This document shows, one piece after another, positions 10,401 through 20,770 of a stretch of 64,000 nt of DNA. The translations under genes and the position numbers were made by a program. Positions within the stretch are counted from its first letter, which is position 1. Each line of letters opens with the position of its first letter. The notes under the pieces are model-generated. The model was given only the letters and a program-made list of their open reading frames with translations. It had not been told where the DNA came from and searched no databases. This DNA comes from Haliotis rufescens (lineage: Eukaryota), in NCBI RefSeq assembly GCF_023055435.1, contig NW_025964124.1, positions 186,001 through 250,000 of the forward strand, given 5' to 3'.

Positions 10401-13181
10401 AGAGTAACCTTTGTCAAGTTTGCTGTTGGCATCACTTTCAGGAGGGTTGCCATTGTCCACCGGATAGTTGGCATCAGCTGTGTTGCATTCGTCATCTTGG
10501 CTGTTCGCAACACATCCAGTAGAGCTGTTATTGTCCTCTTGACTGATGGCGTTACTTCCAGTAGAGTTGCCATTGTCTTCTTTGCTGTTGGCTTTACTTG
10601 CAGTAGAGGTGCCATTGTCTTCTTGACTTATGGCTACACTTCCTGGAAAGGTGCCATTGTCTTCCTGGCTGCTGGCATGATTTCCAGTAGAGGTGTCATT
10701 GTCTCCTGTGCTGTTGGTAAGCCTTGCAGTAGAGGTGCCATTGCCTTCTTGGCTGTTGGCTTTACTTCCTGGAAAGGTGCCATAGTCCTCTTGACTGTTG
10801 GCTTTACTTCCTGGAAAGGTGCCATTGTCTTCCTGGCTGTTGGCATGCCTTGCAGTAAAGGTGCCATTGTCCCATTGGCTGTTGCCATGATTTCCAGTAG
10901 AGGTGCCATTGTCTTCTTGGCTGTTGGTATGACTTGCAGTAGGGATGCCATGGTCCTCTTGGCTGTTGGCATGACGTGCAGTAGAAGTGCTAATGTCTTC
11001 TTTGCTGTTGGTTTTACTTCCAGTAGAGATGCCATTGTCTTCTTTGCTGTTGGCATGACTTGCAGTAGAGGTGCTATTGTCTTCTTGGCTGTTGGCTTTA
11101 CTTCCAGGAAAGGTGCTATTTTCTTCCTGGCTTATCACTTTACTTCCAGGAAAGGTGCCATTGTCTTCCTGGATGCTGGCATGATTTCCAGTAGAGGTGC
11201 CATTGTCTTCTTGGCGTATGGCTTTACTTCTAGGAAAGGTGCCATTGTCTTCTTGGCTTATCACTTTACTTCCAGGAAAGGTGCCGTTGTCTTCTTGGCT
11301 GTTGGCATGACTTGCAGTAGAGGTGCCATTGTCTTCTTGGCTGTTGGCATGACTTGCAGTAGAGGTGTCATTGTCTTCTTTGCTGTTGGCTTTACTTCCT
11401 GGAAAGGTGCCATTGTCCTTTTGGCTGTTCGCATGCCTTGCAGTAGAGGTGCCATTGTCCTCTTGGCTGTTGGCATGACGTGCAGTAGAAGTGCTAATGT
11501 CTTCTTTGCTGTTGGTTTTACTTCCAGTAGAGATGCCATTGTCTTCTTTGCTGTTGGCATGACTTGCAGTAGAGGTGCCATTGTCTTCTTGGCTTACGGC
11601 TTTACTTCCAGGAAAGGTGCCATAGTCTTCCTGGCTGTTGGCATGCCGTGCAGTAGAAGTGCTAATGTCTTCTTTGCTGTTGGCATGACTTCCAGTAGAG
11701 GTGTCATTGTCCTCTTGGCTGTTGGCATGACTTGCAGTAGAGGTGCCATTGTCTTCTTGGCTGTTGACATGCCTTGAAGTAGAGGTGCCATAGTCTTCCT
11801 GGCTGTTGCCTTTACTTCCTGGAAAGGTGCCATTGTCTTCTTGGCTATTGGCATGACTTGCAGTAGAGGTGTCATTGTCTTCTTGGCTGTTGGTATGACT
11901 TGCAGTAGAGGTGCCATTGTCTTCTTGGCGTATGGCTTTACTTCCAGGAAAGGTGCCATTGTCTTCCTGTCTGTTGGCATGATTTCCAGTAGAGATGCCA
12001 TTGTCTTCTTGGCTGTTGGTATGACTTTCAGTAGAGGTGCCATTGTCTTCTTGGCTGTTGGTATTGTTGGCATGATTTCCCTGGAAGCGGTACGTTGTCG
12101 TTTCGAGTTCTGAACAAAATATATGCATCTTGTATTGAATCTTATCATTGAATGATAACATTCTACATTCATATACATCAATCAGTTGACATTGGGCGGC
12201 GAAACAGTGCTAGAACAATGTTTATGTTTACAGAACTGTATCAGTACATCTCTTACTGTCATTATCATGCAATTGAAACTGCACATGATTATCAAAGAAC
12301 TTTTACCTTGACCTCCACAGAGATGAACTGATCCCATGTATCTTCGTAGCTGTGGTTGATCATCAGACTTCTGCTGATATAGTGAACACGATAATCATAT
12401 TAAAAATAAACTCAATACCATGTGACGGTTAGTTTCAGTGGTATCTTTATTTAATCATAGTTGATTTGTGACTCCTATCTACCTTAAATCCATATTGTGT
12501 CCCAAGCACATCTCCAAGTCTTTTAAATGTGCACTTGTTGATTTGTGTATCGAGATGTCCTGATGTTATAAGAAGCTTGTCTATGTACTTGAAGCGTGGG
12601 GCACAATCTGGAGTAAAGCCACAGCCATATCGCTGTGACATAGCAAAGGCGGTGAAGAGAATAATGTTCCTACAGCTAAGATTACCTGAAATGAATACGG
12701 ATAAATACATTTACATGTTTTGTTCTTTGTATTAATTACGTTAAGATTGATATATTCATTTTTGAATAATCTACACAATTTACATACAATCAATCGTTGT
12801 AATACTTGAACTTAATCGTTTCTCGACATGGTTTGCTTCTGAAGAAATGGTATATGTAATAACGATTTGTAGTGTTATTTAGCTGTCCTTAATTTCACAT
12901 TCACTCGACTTGCCAAACTTCAGAACTTCAGAATAAACTGCACCCTATCTTAACAATTGTCACTTACAAAAGTTCTTACATTTATCCAGGAACCGTAGAA
13001 CCACTCCATTAAATTCAACATTCGGTCTGCCTTGAGGCCGGAATATCACAATGAGCGGCGGTGAAACAGTGGAGGACAGTTCCCTCTTCAGCTCAACATG
13101 GAGAGACAGTTGGTCTATAAAAGACTCCATGAGTTTGTCATCATAACGTGTGCTGGGCAGAACATAAATCGGCAGTGACAT
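4477..13181 (-). CDS. Multi-exon uncharacterised protein, paralogue A (~1084 aa): putative TIR-like alpha/beta domain + 41 x 14-aa repeats + duplicated helical modules + basic/aromatic C-terminus
   Basis: Manually assembled GT-AG exons with matching phases and no stops: 13181-12980, 12685-12483, 12373-12307, 12109-10292, 10102-9960, 8078-8048, 7738-7641, 7172-7122 (weak acceptor, frame-neutral), 7041-6802, 6443-6383, 6216-6071, 5416-5386, 4997-4900, 4542-4477; total 3255 nt. Exon sizes are conserved in paralogue B. Start codon and last exon choice are inferred. Confidence 0.8.
5771..5921 (+). mobile_element. Short tRNA-derived SINE (family 2), intronic
   Basis: GCCTAGTGGTTAAAGCGTTCGCTCGTCAC head, GATTCGATTCC B box, GATATTGCTGGA...CTCACT tail, AACAAAC flanking duplication. 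Confidence 0.85.
6696..6769. repeat. Compound (TA)n(TG)n microsatellite
   Basis: Directly visible. Confidence 0.98.
7408..7520. repeat. Poly-C tract followed by A-rich low complexity
   Basis: About 30 consecutive C followed by AAAAT-like runs. Confidence 0.95.
8560..9760 (-). mobile_element. Degenerate non-LTR retrotransposon fragments (similar type to 30741-33667)
   Basis: Peptide VNLDKSKVVFFRNGGML resembles VNLDKTKIVVFSKGNTL of the LINE at 30820-32109; WYNSKAFWK resembles SSSKQFWT; boundaries approximate. Confidence 0.65.
8889..9107 (+). mobile_element. SINE family 1, 5'-truncated and internally deleted
   Basis: TGGCCCAGTCGTCTAAGGCG...AAAAGCGGCGTTAAACCCAACTCACTC matches 32243-32527. Confidence 0.9.
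10344..12059 (-). repeat. Coding 42-bp minisatellite, 41 units (consensus NSQEDNGTSTASHA / NSQEDNGTFPGSKA)
   Basis: 572 aa = 40 x 14 + one 12-aa unit within the 638-aa ORF; diagnostic block repeated 504 bp (12 units) apart at 10981 and 11485. Confidence 0.95.
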
Positions 13182-13380
13182 ATCTGAAACAGATTTTAAC
13201 AGGCTTGACACATATATTTGCTACAATGTTAATATATTGATACATACATATAAAAATAAATAATTTTAAGTACATGAATGAGTACTTTCTATTCCGATTT
13301 TATTATGAGAAGAAAAATCATTGATAATTGTTCAACAAACTAATATTACATAAATCTAGTTGCGTCATGGTCTCACATAC

Positions 13381-13580
13381 TGTGTTTTGGTGTATCTACA
13401 CAGCACTTTGATTCAAAGGAGGGCATAGCATGTTTAAAACAATAGATGCCATTTTCCACTGACTGGGTTTTCGAATCCAGATGTGCCTCATTACGGCAGA
13501 AGTGCGTTTCCCTGAACATCATTTCCACACCAGGTAAATCATTGTCTTGAAATGTTTGTACTTTCAGCAGAACACAACAT
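13381..13580 (-). other. Candidate upstream exon of paralogue A (coding or 5' UTR)
   Basis: Open frame CCVLLKVQTFQDNDLPGVEMMFRETHFCRNEAHLDSK...DTPKH ending at a phase-1 GTATGT donor, in frame with the next exon; the acceptor AG seen in copy B is replaced by an A-run here. Confidence 0.45.
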
Positions 13581-14499
13581 TTTTTTTTTTTTATTTATCG
13601 TGGAAAGAAGCGAACGTAAAATGGTCTCTCATTTGCAAGAAGAAGATGGTTAGATGATAGATAGATGATAGATACACGCGTCTTAAAGATTATAGCTATA
13701 AACGTAACTTCTCCAAGTTGACAACACATGCATCCAGAGACAATATGTCTTTGAAGGCAACAAAAATAATGACACCAACGCTTTACATGAAAGAGACAGA
13801 TCCACCTTTCATGTTGCTTAGTTGAGAACCAAGGTTATTTTGTAAACAAACGTATAGTGATTCCAGCGCTAATATAATAGGGACATGAATAATAGTAATA
13901 GAAAGAGTATTGAAACATGTACCTCAACCACGCCAACCAGACAACTGCAGACACATATGTATGTTCGCTTGAACTTGTCTCAGCTATCCCCTTGTCAGGT
14001 TGTCAGGCGTTGCACAACACTCTGCTTGAGGGAGTCGTCTTGTTTATACCGCCGCCCCTGGCAACTATCGCAGTCAATGTGTGCACACCAAGCTGGTTGG
14101 ACGTGTTATTCCTCGCAAGCCACAACACAACGTAAGTTAACATATCACTTGACCTTCCTTCTTGTATCTTTCTTCATTAGAAAATATATCTTTGCAATAT
14201 CTAATTGTTCTCAAGTCAACATCTGGTTGTTTTATCCATGAATGAAGCTATAGCATATTATTGAGTCATTAATTTACTTGGAAATAAAATAAGCCAGCAC
14301 ATAATATGTTCTGTATAGGTGACTATTGTAATGAATAGACACAAAATCAGTTGACTGTTTGGTAAAATATATATACTTATTTAATATTGTCATGAAGCAA
14401 TGACATATGCTTAAACTACTGTAAACATAACTAAGTTAAACTGTTTTTGTTGAATTTGGTTTATTTGGATAATAATAAAAAAATACCAGCTAAAAAAAA

Positions 14500-15160
14500 C
14501 ACCATAAGGATTCTTTCCTGAAAGGTATACAACCACATATATTGAGTCAAATTAAAAACTTCACATTTTTAAAAGTAATCCCATATATGATATACAACGG
14601 ACAAATGTATCAGAGAGGGTATTTTTTAATCATTAATGTCCAAAGAAGGATTTTAATTAACGGTGGTAACCATAATTTGTTCCAAGCACGGTATTCGGTA
14701 ATAACATCAGTTTAGCAAGCACGAGAATCTGATGGCACACAAGTTCAGTAGCGTGTATGGCCACCATGTGCGTTGACAACGTTATAGAACCCAAGTAAGT
14801 ATAACCGATATTTGCTTTTATTGCATGTAATTTATTTATACCCACTTGGGTGTCCCATTTCTTCTGCATTAGGTCTCTGATATAGCATCTAATAACAGGT
14901 TTATAGTCACTGTATGGTAGGAGAAGTGGTGTCACAGATTTGTTGAGAGCTGCCTTTGCTGCATCATCAGCCATAGTGTTACCCGTGATTCCAACATGAC
15001 TGGGCAACCAGCAAAAGACTATGTCGTATTGGCCATTAGCGAGGTCATTATATATTTCTAAAATGTCTAAAATGAATGGATGATGTGAACAGTAAATACA
15101 CAATAAGGGCCCACAATGATAACTGGTCAACATGTTAAAATTTTAGGATTGTGAGGTTTA
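14500..15160 (-). mobile_element. Internally deleted Tc1 remnant (equivalent to 58510-60004)
   Basis: Flanks match copy B up to CGTTGACAAC (14780) and resume at AAATACACAATA (~15094); transposase core missing. Confidence 0.75.
14784..15092 (-). mobile_element. I/Nimb-clade LINE fragment (RNase H C-terminal part)
   Basis: DIVFCWLPSHVGITGNTMADDAAK is the WxPxHxGIxGNExAD RNase H motif of I-group LINEs, followed by QKKWD...NKLHAIK. Confidence 0.85.
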
Positions 15161-15886
15161 ATTTGGTTCAGTATATATGAATATATGCCAGATGGCGATG
15201 TTTTTACGTGCTTCAATATAGCTTCAATAGAAATTATTTGGCTTTGTTAAATATATAGTCATCTGAAATAAAAGGGAATAACAAGAGGAAAAACATCCTA
15301 TCTCTGGCTGCAAAAACATGCGAGAGGTGTTTGCTAGCATTATTAAACATCATATCTATATCAACAATAAGAAATATTGGATAGCAGAAAGCCAACTTAG
15401 ACACACACCGAAAACAAACAACTATGTATATCACATCACTGTTTATTGAGCAGCACTTGTAACAAGCAGATAAACAATGTCACGTTCTTTTGGAGACAGA
15501 CGCATTAATTTGACGATTTACAGTATATTACGTCAATGACACAGACGAAGAGCCAGTCGCGATTATCCAACGAATCTTCAAGGATGGTCGGGCTTGGATG
15601 TAATAAATGTACTTTCATCTTGTTATCAACTGAAATCATAAGGAAAAAAGGAAGGAATGCCTACTATCACTCTATGGAGGCGGTCTATCGGAAAGTGATA
15701 GATGTCTACTGACAACAACCCTTAACTGCATGCAACCTTGTAAACAACACAGGCATCCAAGACAACTAAGTGCTTGATAAACTGAAAAAAGTAATGACAC
15801 AAATACATTACATGGAACCGTTAGATAATATTAAAGATTGTCTGGCCATGTTGCCTTGTAGACAAAGGGCATGTTGTACCGAGACT

Positions 15887-16127
15887 GGTTGGTTGTTGAT
15901 TGGTTTGTTGTTTAACGCCGCACTCAGCAATATTCCAGCTATATGACGGCGGTCTGTAAATAATCGAGTCTGGACCAAACAATCCAGTGATTAATATCAT
16001 GAGCATCGATCCACGCAATTGGGATCGATAACATGTCAACCAAGTCAGCGAAACTGACCACTCGATCCCTTTAGTCGCTCTTCACGGCAAGCATGGGTTG
16101 CTGAAGACCTATTCTACCCCGGATATT
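15887..16127 (-). mobile_element. SINE-like repeat family 3 (Nin-domain-like)
   Basis: Reverse strand reads CTTCAGCAACCCATGCTTGCCGTGAAGAGCGACTAA...GCTGGAATATTGCTGAGTGCGGCGTTAAACAAC; more copies at 36074, 39620, 40804 and 41565. Confidence 0.8.
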
Positions 16128-16157
16128 GAACACAGACAGAGAAGGAACCCAGTTCAT

Positions 16158-17490
16158 ACACTCTTTGAAAAAGGGAAACGCATAAGAGATCATGAGAATG
16201 TTATTTTTTGTTTATTCAAGAAACATTCTATACAAAAGCATTATTTGGATTGTAAGTCACATGTTCGCGATCGTTAACTGGCGTAGTGCCCAAACGCAAC
16301 CGTTTAAAACTTTATACAACTTTTGTTATGAGACAATAAGTGCGAGTTGTCACTATCGTTTCACTGCAGTGACGTTGACATGAAAAGATCAAACTTCACT
16401 CAACATTATGTCATACTATTGTCATACTTAGTCCCAGACTACATGCTGACATTCGCAAGTTCGCCATTTGAATGTCTTGAAGCTTGAGAGTAAACGTACT
16501 CCTTAGCTCCATATCTCTTTCATACCCGCTTCAATTCAACCAAGATCGTCGCAGAAGTAGTAGACCAAGAGTCACCACCTGTGCACCACCAAGATCGCTA
16601 CATCAGGATCTTTCATCTATGTCATCGGCATGCTACTGCCATCGAGATTACAGGACATGCGGCTGGTTTGAGGAGGTTAACCTGGTCCTGCGAGAGATGA
16701 GAATTAGACCCTGAAGACCGGTATGTGTCCCTGAGTTGAGACGTTTGCATCGATGACAACGCATGCGTTAGAGCAGCATTGTACAGGCATCGGCTTTGTG
16801 AAACTGAGGCTGGTTCGGTGATAAATCAAAATAGCTTCTCTAACACCGAGATAGAAGACATCGAAATGAACGTTTTGCACCGAAATGCCTTCGACAGGTC
16901 GACCGATTCGGTGCTTATGTTAGTGTGGAGAGTCATATCCGACACACGGAGATCTGGCTGAATGGTGGTTCAGGGAATCTGACAGCAAAATTGATACATC
17001 AACCAAATTCTTCAACGTCGCCTTCTCCTCTGATTATCAACCGACAGAGGGAGTCATTTCATCGCTACAGGAAACATGGCTCGTTACTGTTGACTTCCTT
17101 TATAATTGTCCTGTCCTGCCATGCCATGGCTTTCAAGATCTGAACCCGAAGAGTATTTATGGGAGGAATTCAACTGGCCAATGTGTTGTAGGAAGAACGG
17201 AGGAGAATTCCACAGAATTCCATAGACTTATTCAGTCTGTGCCAAGGGATTGTAAATCAGTCATAACAGCACACGGGGGTCACACCAAGTACTGATCATA
17301 ACGCCCCCCTCGTGGACGTACGTGTCTTGTGACAGGACTGTCAGTATTGCCATTATGTCTGCAGATCACGTGACTGTCACCATGCTTAGTTTCATCCTTG
17401 TGTCAATCAAATTAAAATGAAATATACCCATTAATTGAACAGGAAAACATTTAGTTAAAAAAAAGTTAGCCTATACGTTAGCCTATACGC
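16158..17490 (+). mobile_element. Highly degenerate Tc1 element
   Basis: TIR-like CACTCTTTGAAAAAGGGAAACGCATA; peptide remnants SSRPRVTT, GNLTA and terminal HGGHTKY* (~17294). Confidence 0.75.
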
Positions 17491-17917
17491 CAAATGTTAG
17501 TATTGGAAACAGAATGCCTATATCTTGCCAAGCTGTTCAAAATAGGAGTATAACCCTAGATGTTCTTATAATCCAAATGTGCGTTATGTGGAGTTATGCT
17601 AAACAAACATAATGCAATATTGTTAAACTTTTGAATACTTATCTCTCACGGTAACAATGGAAATTCAACACTGACTTCATAATGTAGAAATATCTAGCTC
17701 TACCATTTTTAGTTCCACTGACAGTTGTGAAAACAAAAGCTAGGCCAGGCCTACCCCCGGCACAATGTCAATAATTAACCAAACTGCAAGTAACATATGT
17801 TTCCCTTTCAGCTGATGCTGCTGATGTGATAAATGTTAAAGATTTCTTCCAATGGCAATTTTCATAGAAAGAGAGTCACTATAGATTGAAATCCTGTCAA
17901 TTGATTTGAAACCAAAA

Positions 17918-18170
17918 GTGAGTGAGTGAGTGAGCTGTGTTTAACGCTGCTTTTAACAGTATTCCAGTTATATCACGGCGTGTCAGCTTTATGTGGGAGG
18001 AAAGCCCAAAGTGACGTTTACCACTTCGGTGAAACCCACGAGCATGGGTATGGTGCTGACAAACCTAGAAACATAATCGGGGCGAACCGGGATTCGAACC
18101 CACTATCATAGGTTTCTGGCGTACCTTAGGGACGCAACTCTGCCCAGCAAATCGCGGCGCCTTATACGAC
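17918..18170 (-). mobile_element. SINE family 1
   Basis: (GTGA)n tail then reverse complement of the family, including GGGGCGAACCGGGATTCGAACCC. Confidence 0.9.
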
Positions 18171-18656
18171 TGTGTCTGTGTGTCTGTGTGACTGATGTCC
18201 AAGAGTTGAAGTTTTGAAAGAGATCTAATATCTATACATGACTGGAAATCTTCAGATTGCATGGTACACTTATCAAAAAAGCAAGTGAGAAGATATTCGT
18301 GTAGGCAAGATCTAAACTTATTTGATTCCCAGCATTAATGAGTCTAATTGTTAGTCATAGTCATTTACAGAAACATCACATTGGAGGTTTATCCTTGGAA
18401 TAAAAAAAACACCAACTTGATTTGCAGCAACAGTGTCTCCCCTAGATATATATAAACATTGTGCCAAGCACATTGTAGGCATGTGATTAAGTACTTCAGG
18501 GTTTAGATGCTTCTTGTCACAAAAGATCACGGATAAGATGAGAAAAATATGAAAACTTATTTTTGCTTGTTGATGAATTAATTCATGGTGGCTATCCAAT
18601 GAATCAAGAACAATTTCAATAACACATTCTGTTTAAGCTAAAAATTGTTAAAACTC

Positions 18657-18770
18657 CTTGGACCACTTGCACAAAGAGATCTTAGCGCTAAGATGATTGT
18701 AACTCCCATACTTTAACATAGGCTAACGATAGTCATGATGCTAAGATCTCTTTGTGCAAGAAGGCCTAGG
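18657..18770. mobile_element. ~110-bp palindromic MITE
   Basis: Perfect 21-bp inverted repeat CTTGCACAAAGAGATCTTAGC (18666-18686) / GCTAAGATCTCTTTGTGCAAG (18740-18760). Confidence 0.7.
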
Positions 18771-19504
18771 TTTTCTTTTATTGTTAACCTGAAATATCAT
18801 TTTCATTGTATGTTTCTGAAGAACTTTACTGTTCTATCTCGCTTATCATAAGAGGTACCTTTTTCTTCAAGTGAAACAATTAACATTTTATTTGTGATGT
18901 ATATTTTTATCTTTGGCACGCTCATAAAGAATTGTCAGGGCTCGGAAATATATTAAAAATAGAAAAATCGATTTTCACCCAAAGTGGACTTTCAACATAT
19001 GTATTATGTACAAAAGTAAACAGGTAGTATCAAAATACTTTCAACTTAATAACATTGTAGCTAAAATTGTTTACTGTCAAAATGACACTTCATGTGATAT
19101 AAGAACAAACATCCGTCACAGTAATGTAAAGTTGATAACGTTTCAGATATTTGAAGAAATTGGAATTTAGCAAAATTGCAAATTGAACAATGCACTGTCT
19201 AATACATGTTTCGAACTAGAGTTAGATACAGGTCAAGAACAGCGCCTGAGCGTGCTTCATGACATGGATCATTGCTCATGCAACCGGTTACGTACCTGTA
19301 TTGCCAAGACAAGTTTATTTATATGTCATAATGATATATCAAGCCAACTGTGAAGTTGAACAAAAATCCATTACAACAGTTAGCACAGGCACAAGAAGCG
19401 GCAAGAAACGAGGCCAGGCGAGCGAAGGAGGAACAGGACCGTGCAGAAAGGGAAAGGAGAAATGCTGACGAAGCAAGGAAACAAGCATCTGAAAGTGCAT
19501 CAAG

Positions 19505-19893
19505 TTGCTGAAGAACGAGCACAAAAGGAAAGCCGTAGAGCGAAAGAGGAGAAAGAACTTGCAGAACAAGAAAGGAAGGCTGCTGCTAAAGCAAAGGAAG
19601 AAGCAGCTACAAGCACAATAAGAGCTGAACAAGCTGAAGAACAAGCCCAAAAGGAAAGCCGTAGAGCGAAAGAGGAGAAAGAACTTGCAGAACAAGAAAG
19701 GAAGGCTGCTGCTAAAGCAAAGGGAGAAGCAGCTACAAGCACAATAAGAGCTGAACAAGCTGAAGAACAAGCCCAAAAGGAAAGCCGTAGAGCGAAAGAG
19801 GAGAAAGAACTTGCAGAACAAGAAAGGAAGGCTGCTGCTAAAGCAAAGGGAGAAGCAGCCACAAGCACAAGAAGAGCTGAACAAGCTGAAGAA
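19505..19893 (+). repeat. Coding 126-bp tandem repeat x3 (42 aa = 6 heptads, E/K/A/R-rich)
   Basis: AQKESRRAKEEKELAEQERKAAAKAK(E/G)EAATSTIRAEQAEEQ; GCCCAAAAGG at 19645 and 19771; diverged units on either side. Confidence 0.95.
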
Positions 19894-20229
19894 CCAAATC
19901 GAAAACCAAAGAGCGAAGGAGGTGCAGACAATTGCGGACAAAGAGAGAGACAGCAGAAGAGGCAAGAGCGCATGCAGAAAAAGAAGCCCGAATATCAGAG
20001 GAATGAGACAAAAGAAGGAGTCTGCTGAGCAAGAAAAGCAACGTCTTCTGGATGAGAAAGATGAAAAGAAGAGGAGAGATTTAATAGTAAGTGTGATATC
20101 ATACCTACTTCCTTCTAACAATACCTAAACGACTAGTCAACAAACATACTGAAAAAAGAGCAGCCTTTAAAAAGATTTGGTTGGTACTTGAGATAAATAC
20201 AGCTGAAAAACTTGAAGATGTAACTTTAC

Positions 20230-20770
20230 CTGTACACATCTCGGTATTACTTCATGTTGCTGTAACCACTAGGGCCCCCACTACCCCCGATTGGTTGTTA
20301 TGAACGTTACTCCACAGTGGTATCTCGGGAACGTTTTGTGACCCATCTGTTACTATTTATCAAACTACAGCCATTCACTATAGTCTTCCAGCATGGTGAC
20401 ACTAGACCCCATTACTGCAAGGCAGCCACTGGACTTCCTCAGTAACATGAACGTTAACGTTTGGCCATGGCCTGTATGTTCGCTGGCCAAGAACCCCATC
20501 GACAATTTGTGGGATCATCTTGACAGGCAAGTCAGATGGCGACCAATACGACCAGTAAACCAGCAGGACTTGGAGGACGCCATCAGGCATTCGGAGCGGA
20601 GACGTGTTGTAGCCTGAAATGATGAATGAGGCGGACAAATGAGTGATTTCTGACTTTACAGTGACTCACAAGTCTCTAGTCACACATGCGCCTGATCTAA
20701 GTTGACCCCCTGTTGTACCATTAATAGTCATAAATGTCTTCTTTTATGGAGTGATACAAAAATATATTTT
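20230..20770 (+). mobile_element. Tc1 transposase C-terminal fragment, intronic
   Basis: VWPWPVCSLAKNPIDNLWDHLDRQVR, a degenerate WPxxSPDLNPIEHLW. Confidence 0.8.

Larger units (their letters stand above)
1..15105. repeat. Segmental duplication, copy A (partner 41943-60004)
   Basis: Position 1 ATAAAGATTATCCAGAAGAC recurs at 41943 (offset 41942); colinear matches continue to AAATACACAATA at ~15100 / ~60000, apart from copy-specific insertions and a different exon-module count. The left end lies outside the window. Confidence 0.97.

Noticed and set aside
10335-11777. 480-aa hydrophobic plus-strand ORF (GAIVFLAVG repeats), and alternative minus-strand MPTAKKTMAP frames
   Set aside because: Shadows of the 42-bp coding repeat; the equivalent antisense frame is not maintained in paralogue B, and only the NSQED frame joins flanking exons in phase.
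13885-14241. 118-aa plus-strand ORF retained in both duplicates (also 57919-58275)
   Set aside because: No recognisable motifs, the C-terminus differs by frameshift between copies, and retention is explained by recent duplication.
15600-15800. ISRE-like GAAA repeats between the divergent genes
   Set aside because: No clean GAAANNGAAA match; such purine runs are expected by chance in AT-rich DNA.
19339-20121. 260-aa and 157-aa Phe/Leu/Ser/Ala-rich minus-strand ORFs
   Set aside because: Antisense of the purine-rich coiled-coil exon, which has splice signals on the plus strand.
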